From NCBI GenBank assembly GCA_964523395.1, contig CAZFXS010000004.1:141581-205580 (forward strand): a stretch of DNA of 64,000 nt, given 5' to 3'. This DNA comes from an uncultured Chlorobiaceae bacterium. GTDB lineage: Bacteria; Bacteroidota; Ignavibacteria; UBA10030; SZUA-254. The translations under genes and the position numbers were made by a program. Under the pieces are notes generated by a model, which did not search any database, was not told the DNA's origin, and saw only the letters and a program-made list of their open reading frames with translations. Below, piece by piece: positions 57,475 to 64,000 of this stretch (the first letter of the stretch is position 1; the number at the start of each line of letters is the position of its first letter).

Positions 57475-58162
57475 TTAAACATGACTTTGCTTTGCTGAAA
57501 ATTTCATCAAACATGCTTTCTGTTAGCTTCCCCGTAAACGTATTCTGCTGGCTTGGGTGAAAGGACGTAATTAGTGTCTGGTGCTCATTGAGCTCGCACT
57601 GAATTCCATGACCGAACGCCGGCCGCTTTTTCATTGCGGTTCGTCCTGATGCTCTGAATGTATCAAAGATTGTATCGGCCGCGACTTTTCCGAGAGCAAT
57701 AACAACGCGAACATTCACGAGAAGCTCAAGTTCTTTCAGCAAAAACGGGCGGCAGTTCATCAGCTCTTTCGGCAGAGGTTTATTCTGCGGCGGTGCACAA
57801 CGGGCTGAAGCAGTGATGTAACAATCTTTCAGTGTTAACCCGTCGTTACGTGAAATCGATTCAGGCTGATTCGCAAACCCCGCCTTATACAATGCACGAT
57901 AAAGCCAGTCGCCGCTCCGGTCGCCGGTAAACATACGGCCGGTGCGGTTTGCGCCATGCGCGGCTGGCGCAAGTCCGATGATAAGAAGTCTTGCCTTCGG
58001 ATCACCGAAACCCGGCACGGCTTTTCCCCAGTAATTCTCCCCGATGAAACGGGAAACTTTAGTGCGTGCGACTTCTTCACGCCATTTCACAAGACGAGGA
58101 CATGCTTGACATGCTATAACAGTCTTGTAAAGCTTTTGAATGGCGCTGGAGTTATTCGTCAT
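57443..58162 (-). CDS. Uracil-DNA glycosylase, family 5 (UDGb type, 4Fe-4S)
   Basis: CQACPRL, GLAPAAHGANRTGRMFTGDRSG, RCAPPQNKP, FHPSQQNT. Confidence 0.92.
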   Translation of the reverse strand: MTNNSSAIQKLYKTVIACQACPRLVKWREEVARTKVSRFIGENYWGKAVPGFGDPKARLLIIGLAPAAHGANRTGRMFTGDRSGDWLYRALYKAGFANQPESISRNDGLTLKDCYITASARCAPPQNKPLPKELMNCRPFLLKELELLVNVRVVIALGKVAADTIFDTFRASGRTAMKKRPAFGHGIQCELNEHQTLITSFHPSQQNTFTGKLTESMFDEIFSKAKSCLIKKSKGKSKK

Positions 58163-58287
58163 AGTGTTTGCTTGAGGTCAAAAGTACGGAAAAAGAAATT
58201 GTAATCAAATCGTGTATACATCAACTAGTCGCTATCAAGCACTAAATGGGTTAGAATCTGCACTAGTCATTAACCCAGCAAAAGCTC

Positions 58288-58316
58288 TTGATTCGGTGTT
58301 ACATTTTCAGTAAGTT
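58288..58316 (+). promoter_or_regulatory. Sigma70 promoter, probably giving a leaderless mRNA
   Basis: TTGATT-N17-TAAGTT ending 6 nt before ATG 58323. Confidence 0.5.
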
Positions 58317-58322
58317 CTCCTG

Positions 58323-59456
58323 ATGAAAAAGAATCTTTCTCTCTTCGCGGGTTCATTAACCCTTGCAATTATTCTTGCGGAGGTGATTTTGCGTTTCTTT
58401 CCCATTATCGACCCGTACGGCACACTGAAAGGCAAACAGCATTTGTTCATCCCTTCGCAATTCCCGGTGAATGCAAGACTTTCCTTTTGCACAGAACCAG
58501 GACTTCCCGGGTTCACCGGAGATACCACGCACTTTACAGTAAATAATATGGGTTTCCGTGGTGACTCATTGCTATCGCCGAAACCGGAAAATGAATTCAG
58601 AATTTTTGTTCTAGGCGGCAGCACGGCTGAATGTTTGTATCTTGACGATGCAGATGCCTGGCCGGCAATTCTGCAACAAGAATTACAAGGCAACACGAAC
58701 CGAAGTGTTAAAATCTACAATGCGGGAAAGTCTGGCGATTTTTCACCCGACCATCTTGCGATACTTGCTCACCGCATCGTCCAGCTTCAACCGGATATGA
58801 TTGTGGTGATGGCCGGCGTTAATGATTTGTTACGATCGATCGTCCACTCTGATTATCTTCACTTTCCTGTGAACTCGGATTTCGACAGGTGGGGAACCGG
58901 TTACTGGGCCAAGCTGTTCCTGACAGAATTCCAGGTTAGCCGAAGAGCATTTTTCCTCCTGAAAAAAATTCATCCATGGGCAACACCAGACCAACAGTGG
59001 ATTACTATTATGTCGGGGTACCGTGCAAATGCCGATCTGCTATCAGATATGGAGTATTCCGATTCTATTCCGGTAATTCAGCTTCAACCATACGCGAGTA
59101 ATCTCACTAGCATTGCCGGACTCTGCACAGCTTTTAACGCAAAACTCATATTCATGCACCAGCAGTCCACGTGGAATAATCCTTCCGACTCTGTCATCAA
59201 CCGATGGCACTGGTTGAACAACCGCGATAATGTAAAGTACAGAGAACCGGTGATGGATTCGTTATTGCAGGAATATAACAGGACGATGGACGCCGTCGCA
59301 ATTCAATTTGCCATTCCGATTTTCCTTACGGATACGGTTGTGCCGAAAACACACGAGTATTTTTATGACGATTGCCACTTTAATCCGCGTGGTTCGCGAT
59401 TTGTGGGGAAGAAGTTAGCAGAATTTGTTGCTGATTATGTTCCAACACCCAAGTAG
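58323..59456 (+). CDS. SGNH/GDSL hydrolase-family protein with an N-terminal membrane anchor
   Basis: NNMGFRG, FVLGGST, YNAG.SG, MAGVND, DDCHFN..GS. Confidence 0.88.
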   Translation: MKKNLSLFAGSLTLAIILAEVILRFFPIIDPYGTLKGKQHLFIPSQFPVNARLSFCTEPGLPGFTGDTTHFTVNNMGFRGDSLLSPKPENEFRIFVLGGSTAECLYLDDADAWPAILQQELQGNTNRSVKIYNAGKSGDFSPDHLAILAHRIVQLQPDMIVVMAGVNDLLRSIVHSDYLHFPVNSDFDRWGTGYWAKLFLTEFQVSRRAFFLLKKIHPWATPDQQWITIMSGYRANADLLSDMEYSDSIPVIQLQPYASNLTSIAGLCTAFNAKLIFMHQQSTWNNPSDSVINRWHWLNNRDNVKYREPVMDSLLQEYNRTMDAVAIQFAIPIFLTDTVVPKTHEYFYDDCHFNPRGSRFVGKKLAEFVADYVPTPK

Positions 59457-59476
59457 ATACCGAGAAAGATTTGACA

Positions 59477-59776
59477 ATGTCATCGCATAAACTTTCGGTT
59501 GTCCTGCAATTCTTCGGATTGATTCTTGCCATCGTTGCCATCGGCTGGGGCGTTTTTGCAGATTATTCAATTGCGTTTCCCGGCCCAAGCGGTGAATGGG
59601 CCTCGCTCTCGCTGCTCGCTGGTTACGTAGTAAATGTTCCCGTTGGCATTATTTCACTCATTATCTTCTCAACTGTCAAGCGGGGCAATTCGAAACTTCG
59701 CCTCGCCGGCATCATCGCGTCAGTTACTGTGCTTGCTCTGCCGATTATAGGGAGCTTAATTCGCTGGCTGCGTTGA
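59477..59776 (+). CDS. Small hypothetical membrane protein
   Basis: Three hydrophobic segments; start 59471 (TTG) or 59477. Confidence 0.6.
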   Translation: MSSHKLSVVLQFFGLILAIVAIGWGVFADYSIAFPGPSGEWASLSLLAGYVVNVPVGIISLIIFSTVKRGNSKLRLAGIIASVTVLALPIIGSLIRWLR

Positions 59777-59790
59777 TCTCTTAGGCGTGA

Positions 59791-59883
59791 TCATTTGAGT
59801 GCCAAGTATACTGCGAGAGCCAGCAAAGCAAAACTTATCGCCCGGATCAAGAACAAAATAATATTCTCTGTATTTTTATTCAT
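59791..59883 (-). CDS. Candidate 30-aa single-TM peptide (MNKNTENIILFLIRAISFALLALAVYLALK)
   Basis: ATG-to-TGA ORF below the track cutoff; almost entirely one hydrophobic helix. Confidence 0.35.
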   Translation of the reverse strand: MNKNTENIILFLIRAISFALLALAVYLALK

Positions 59884-59906
59884 TTGCTCAAGCCCTTCTT
59901 CTCTTG

Positions 59907-59945
59907 AAAAAGATCTGAGCGGAGACAAACGTCTTTTCCGCTCAG
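59907..59945 (-). terminator. Terminator after the 59989-60804 gene
   Basis: Minus strand CTGAGCGGA...TCCGCTCAG, then ATCTTTTT. Confidence 0.65.
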
Positions 59946-59988
59946 CCTGCAATACCACAGATAGTATTCACTTTTCAGAACCCTGAAT

Positions 59989-60804
59989 TTAGAAGTTCAC
60001 GCCAACTTTGAATGACAGGGTGTTTACTGTCGCGAAGTTATACTCTGCTGCTAACCTGAACAATGAAATTTGCGTGACGGCTCCAAGAGTTGCTTGTGAA
60101 CCTGATACAAGTTCATCATCCAGATTGACTGCATTGGTTGTTTCATGAGCGCGTGCCGCGTATGTTGAAACAACGGCATATGGTGAAACTGAAATCAGAC
60201 TAGACAACGCAAACCGTTTGCTTGCCAGAACGTCAAGGCCGGTAACCGCGTAATCGAAATCATCGGGACCGTACAGTGACATAAGGCTCAGGCGTGTTGA
60301 GGCGGCCCAGTCGTTTTCCTGGTCATTCACAAAGCTGTACTGAATCTGTCCACCCCAGACACCATAGTTCGCGCCGGGCCGCCGTGTCCAGTACGCGCCA
60401 AGATCTATGTTGTCTGATACTCCTGCCCGCAACATAAGTCCGGGGAATCCCAGTCTGCTTCCTTCCATCAGCCAGTGGACTGAATCGGGATGAACAAATG
60501 TGTCATTCCACGCATTTTCGTTGGAATTGATTCCGGTTTCCCACTGCACGATGGAAAATTCGAAGTTACCCGCTCCCATTGGTTTTGCATCGGTAAGCGG
60601 GCGGAAATAGATTACCATTGCCGCCTCCTGCGCGAATTGATGCCACGCTTTCTGTGTCAGTGACGGATCGAGCTGAAATGAGCATTCTTCCCAACGGGGA
60701 TTGACATGAAGTTTTACCGTGTGGACGTCCTGGGCAAATCCGATTGATTGAATTGCCATCAGCACGAGTGCCATTGCGATTGTGGTGAATATGTTGTGTT
60801 TCAT
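59989..60804 (-). CDS. Hypothetical exported protein, outer-membrane beta-barrel-like
   Basis: Signal peptide; alternating amphipathic strands; C-terminal Phe (KVGVNF). Confidence 0.65.
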   Translation of the reverse strand: MKHNIFTTIAMALVLMAIQSIGFAQDVHTVKLHVNPRWEECSFQLDPSLTQKAWHQFAQEAAMVIYFRPLTDAKPMGAGNFEFSIVQWETGINSNENAWNDTFVHPDSVHWLMEGSRLGFPGLMLRAGVSDNIDLGAYWTRRPGANYGVWGGQIQYSFVNDQENDWAASTRLSLMSLYGPDDFDYAVTGLDVLASKRFALSSLISVSPYAVVSTYAARAHETTNAVNLDDELVSGSQATLGAVTQISLFRLAAEYNFATVNTLSFKVGVNF

Positions 60805-60859
60805 AACGAACTCCTTTTGTGTATTGGTTTGTTGATGCGATACCGGTCCGAAATGAGAA

Positions 60860-60901
60860 CCGCCGTATCTTTGAATTAATTTCTGGATAAAGATACGGCG
60901 G
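60860..60901. promoter_or_regulatory. Perfect 13-bp inverted repeat
   Basis: CCGCCGTATCTTT-N16-AAAGATACGGCGG between the araC-type stop and the next start. Confidence 0.5.
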
Positions 60902-60986
60902 ATTTGAAGCGATTTCGCTTCAGCCTGGAAGTTGAGACCAAAGTTGTGGTCCCGCCTTGTAGGTTGATACTGTGGAAAAAGGGGGG

Positions 60987-62114
60987 TTACTGCTTAGTTA
61001 TGAAATCGAAGTATTCTGAAGGGGTTTGGCCGGTGCTTTTCTTGAAATACCGGTTAAATGAGGATTTTGAATTGAAACCGCAATCTAATGCTAAAGAAAG
61101 GAGTGTGAGATTCCTGTTTTTGGGAATAGAAAGCAACCGCTTGAATTCTTCCACGCGATAGTGGTTGACAAAATCGTAGAAGTTCTTTCCTTCTTTTTCG
61201 TTGATGACCTGCGAAACATAATTGGGATGCGCTTTTAGCCGCGTTGCCAGATCGTCAGCGGAAAGATCATTTTTCTTATAGATTGCATCTTCTTTCATCA
61301 GGCGCATCAGCTCTTCATACAATTTCTCTGATTGCTCTTTGCTCAATCCCGACTTGGCATATTTCACCTTTCCCTGTTCTTCAGACACCGGAATATTTTC
61401 AGGTTCGGGGGGAGGGGGTAGTTTTTCCTGCTCCGGCGCAATAGCCTGATCCGCATCAAAAATCCTGATCTGACGAATACCGAAAAATCCGATAAGGAAC
61501 ACAAACACCGCAACTCCCATGAAGAGAACGGTTTCAGTCTGGAAGAACACAAGCAGCCAGATTCCCCCCATTCCCCAGGTAAGGATGCGGAGCCATTGCA
61601 AATCGATTTTATCCTGATATGAGAATTGATCCAGAATCCGGCGGCGGTGTTTTCTGAGAAGAAGAATTGACCATGTAATATAAACAATTCCTGATGCGCC
61701 TATGGCAAACGTTCTTATCGTGTTAAATACCTCATATCCCGCTCCCTGGTTTTTGTAGACCCAAATTTTCTGTTCTGCGGGAAGAATAAAGAACGTGATA
61801 AGATAGAGATACATCATACCCGCAGGAAGAAAATGAAAATAGAGGATGTTCCTCCGCGCCGGGAACTGATTCGTTACTGACCCGACATATAAATAGAGGA
61901 ATACGCCATGGAGAAGAGGAAACGGCAAGCTGACACCAAGTAGGAACGGGTAGTTATAAAGCTCTCCGGTATACGACAAGTAAAACATGAAGAGATGAAC
62001 CGTAATGACAAACATCCACAGCGCCAGAATTTTGTCCGATTCTGATTTGTTCTTCTTGCCGAGAAGCAAGAATTCAAAGAACACCGCTATGGTCATTCCC
62101 GCGATAAATATCAT
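60987..62114 (-). CDS. Membrane-anchored AraC-family transcriptional regulator
   Basis: N-terminal multi-TM region; YAKSGL, LSADDLA..L, NFYDFVNHYRVEEF, CGFNSKSSFNRYFKK.TG.TPS. Confidence 0.92.
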   Translation of the reverse strand: MIFIAGMTIAVFFEFLLLGKKNKSESDKILALWMFVITVHLFMFYLSYTGELYNYPFLLGVSLPFPLLHGVFLYLYVGSVTNQFPARRNILYFHFLPAGMMYLYLITFFILPAEQKIWVYKNQGAGYEVFNTIRTFAIGASGIVYITWSILLLRKHRRRILDQFSYQDKIDLQWLRILTWGMGGIWLLVFFQTETVLFMGVAVFVFLIGFFGIRQIRIFDADQAIAPEQEKLPPPPEPENIPVSEEQGKVKYAKSGLSKEQSEKLYEELMRLMKEDAIYKKNDLSADDLATRLKAHPNYVSQVINEKEGKNFYDFVNHYRVEEFKRLLSIPKNRNLTLLSLALDCGFNSKSSFNRYFKKSTGQTPSEYFDFITKQ

Positions 62115-62209
62115 GGTCTTCTCATAGAATGAACCGAATATGCACATGCTTTTGGAAAAAAGCAATTGCCGTATATCTAGCATCAGGCCGCACACCGCTT
62201 ACTTTTCTG

Positions 62210-62238
62210 TTGACACCCATAAATTATTTCCGTATGTT
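62210..62238 (+). promoter_or_regulatory. Sigma70 promoter
   Basis: TTGACA-N17-TATGTT. Confidence 0.65.
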
Positions 62239-62294
62239 CGCTTACGATTGTATAGAACACTTCCACCTCAGTACGTTCCGCCTAAAACTATCTT

Positions 62295-63452
62295 ATGAAA
62301 TATTCGTTCATCGTTGTTATCGCGGTATTCATATGCGGTTGTACCGAACACCCGGATCGTTCAATCGGCGACAGGAACAAACGCGTAACAAATTTTCTTG
62401 ACAACTCCATACGCGCGGATCACTTTCCCGGCATCCAGTATATCGTAACCGATTCCTCGGGGATAATATTCGAGTACTTCGGCGGAAACGCTGATATCGG
62501 GAATAACATTCCCATGTCACCATCAACGACGATGATGGCGTATTCGATGACGAAAACGTTTACCGCTGCGGCCGTCCTTCAGTTAATTGAACGGGGAAAA
62601 TTATCTCTTGATGATAGTGTCTTCAAATATTTCCCCGCCACCCCATACGGCAACTCAATGACAATACGGCACCTGTTGTCGCAAACATCCGGCATACCGA
62701 ATCCTATTCCGTTACGATGGGCTCATCTTGCAGGTGAACACGCCTCTTTTGACGAACATCGTGAGCTCGAGAAAGTGCTTGTGGAGCATCCTGATTTGGA
62801 ATTTCCTCCCGGAAGCAAGTACGCTTATTCAAATATTTCCTACTGGATTCTTGGAAAGATTATTGAGCAGGTGAGCCGACAATCATATCCTGATTACATG
62901 CGAGATCATATTTTTACGCCATTGGGTCTATCGGCGTCGGATGCAGGGTTCATCATCCCGGATGCTTCAAAACATGCCAAGGGGTATCTGAAAAAATATT
63001 CGCTGATGAATCTGATTAAAGGCTTTCTCATCGACGATAAATTCATCGGGGAATACGAAAGCAACTGGCTTCATATCAATGATCATCATTTGAACGGACC
63101 CGGCTTTGGCGGCCTGGTGATAACGGCGCGGGGTGTTGCCGCATTTCTTCGCGATCAACTCAAAGATTCGTCGGTGCTGATGGACAAGAAAACACACGAA
63201 CTTTTCTTCACACGACAAAAGACAACCTCCGGCGAATTCATTGACATGACACCCGGCTGGCATATCGGCAAACTCAACGAGACTGAGTATTATTTCAAAG
63301 AAGGAGGGGGCGGGGGATATCACGCCGAAATGCGGATCTATCCTGAACAACGGATTGCAACGGTGGTAATGGTGAATGAAACCAGTTCAGATTGTACAGA
63401 ACTTTACTCTGAAGCAGATAGGGAATTTGTTTTGACAGAAATAAGACAATAA
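62295..63452 (+). CDS. Serine hydrolase, class C beta-lactamase-like lipoprotein
   Basis: VFICGC lipobox; SMTK (SxxK); YSN; LLSQTSG. Confidence 0.9.
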   Translation: MKYSFIVVIAVFICGCTEHPDRSIGDRNKRVTNFLDNSIRADHFPGIQYIVTDSSGIIFEYFGGNADIGNNIPMSPSTTMMAYSMTKTFTAAAVLQLIERGKLSLDDSVFKYFPATPYGNSMTIRHLLSQTSGIPNPIPLRWAHLAGEHASFDEHRELEKVLVEHPDLEFPPGSKYAYSNISYWILGKIIEQVSRQSYPDYMRDHIFTPLGLSASDAGFIIPDASKHAKGYLKKYSLMNLIKGFLIDDKFIGEYESNWLHINDHHLNGPGFGGLVITARGVAAFLRDQLKDSSVLMDKKTHELFFTRQKTTSGEFIDMTPGWHIGKLNETEYYFKEGGGGGYHAEMRIYPEQRIATVVMVNETSSDCTELYSEADREFVLTEIRQ

Positions 63453-63462
63453 CCGCATTTCC

Positions 63463-63521
63463 GCAGCATTCGATTTACAACCGGACAGAGGCAGAAAATC
63501 CATTTTCGAAATGGATGCTAC
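63463..63521. repeat. REPIN (degenerate left REP, intact right REP)
   Basis: GCAGCATTCGATTTACAACCGGAC, 11-nt spacer, (-)GTAGCATCCATTTCGAAAATGGAT. Confidence 0.75.
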
Positions 63522-63550
63522 GCTTTCTAATAACACGCCCTAAGTTAAAC

Positions 63551-63582
63551 AAAAAACCCGATTCTTTCGAACCGGGTTTTTT
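63551..63582. terminator. Bidirectional Rho-independent terminator
   Basis: AAAAAACCCGATTC-TTTC-GAACCGGGTTTTTT between convergent genes. Confidence 0.88.
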
Positions 63583-63603
63583 AATTTGCTAGTAAGATAT
63601 TCG

Positions 63604-63927
63604 TTAATACCGCGGCACTTTTTTATCGATCTTCACCGACCATGCGTCAATACCGCCGGCGAGGTTCTTCACATTCTTGAATCCCTTCTCATATAAAAAC
63701 TCCACCGCGCGCTGACTTCTGTTGCCGTGATGGCACTGCACCACAATTTCTTGCTCGGGATTCAGCTCGTTGAACCGCCGGGGAATCTCGCCAAGCGGTA
63801 TCAGCACCGCGCCGGCAATGTTCGCCATTTTGTATTCCATCGGTTCGCGCACGTCTAAGATAAACGGCTTCTCGCCGCGGTCAAGCTTTTCCTTCAACTG
63901 TTCGACGGTCATCTGCAGTGACTGCAT
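63604..63927 (-). CDS. Rhodanese-like domain protein
   Basis: ILDVREPMEY, CHHGNRS active loop, NLAGGIDAWS; AAAGGA SD. Confidence 0.9.
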   Translation of the reverse strand: MQSLQMTVEQLKEKLDRGEKPFILDVREPMEYKMANIAGAVLIPLGEIPRRFNELNPEQEIVVQCHHGNRSQRAVEFLYEKGFKNVKNLAGGIDAWSVKIDKKVPRY

Positions 63928-64000
63928 ATCGTACGTCCTTTCAATGGGCGGTTCCGCGAGGAAGCCCAGGTTAAACTGCCGTACTTTCTGAAAGCGCGGC

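Noticed and set aside
59795-59986. 63-aa + strand ORF from the track
   Set aside because: TTG start, crosses a terminator hairpin, no recognisable features
1215-63991. Many short antisense or alternative-frame ORFs in the track
   Set aside because: They overlap well-supported genes, lack motifs and are expected by chance
63928-64000. Rhodanese as the C-terminal domain of a longer MoeB/ThiF protein (frame open to the window end)
   Set aside because: Good SD before ATG 63927, no MoeB-like linker, and another frame stops at 63971, consistent with a separate upstream gene; cannot be fully excluded at the edge
1-64000. tRNA, rRNA, prophage, integron or toxin-antitoxin loci
   Set aside because: No cloverleaf, rRNA signature, integrase, phage structural gene or recognisable TA pair seen

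Overview
64 kb of ordinary bacterial chromosome, most likely from an FCB-group (Ignavibacteria/Bacteroidota-like) organism. This is inferred from T9SS-type C-terminal domains, TPR-bearing Ser/Thr kinases and the gene repertoire. I found no rRNA, tRNA, CRISPR array, prophage or intact IS. Housekeeping genes include tricorn protease (5'-truncated), mfd, arfB, thyX, a mutT-mutY-ogg 8-oxoG repair operon, yajQ, an amidase, mntR-mntH, pckG and a family-5 UDG. The best candidate for a new system is 36.4-55.0 kb. A membrane receptor Ser/Thr kinase with propeller, FG-GAP and ASPIC/UnbV-like ectodomains is followed by a GAF-sigma54 enhancer-binding protein. About 4 kb downstream is a sigma54-like promoter architecture: two TGTCG-N8-CGACA palindromes, an IHF-like site and a GG-N10-GT core. 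It precedes a half-receiver micro-protein, three T9SS Asp-box propeller proteins and a PQQ-like propeller. The window also has a layered repeat landscape. A RAYT transposase with a mutated HUH motif comes with a covarying 24-nt GTAG REP/REPIN family, one copy of which carries a nested hairpin insertion. There are also inverted 7/8/9-nt period arrays, one pair flanking a deleted four-helix-bundle gene, and heptamer runs inside coding sequence. A 33-codon uORF re-encodes the N-terminus of the downstream kinase with synonymous codons. All assignments come from motif recognition by eye; no database searches were run.
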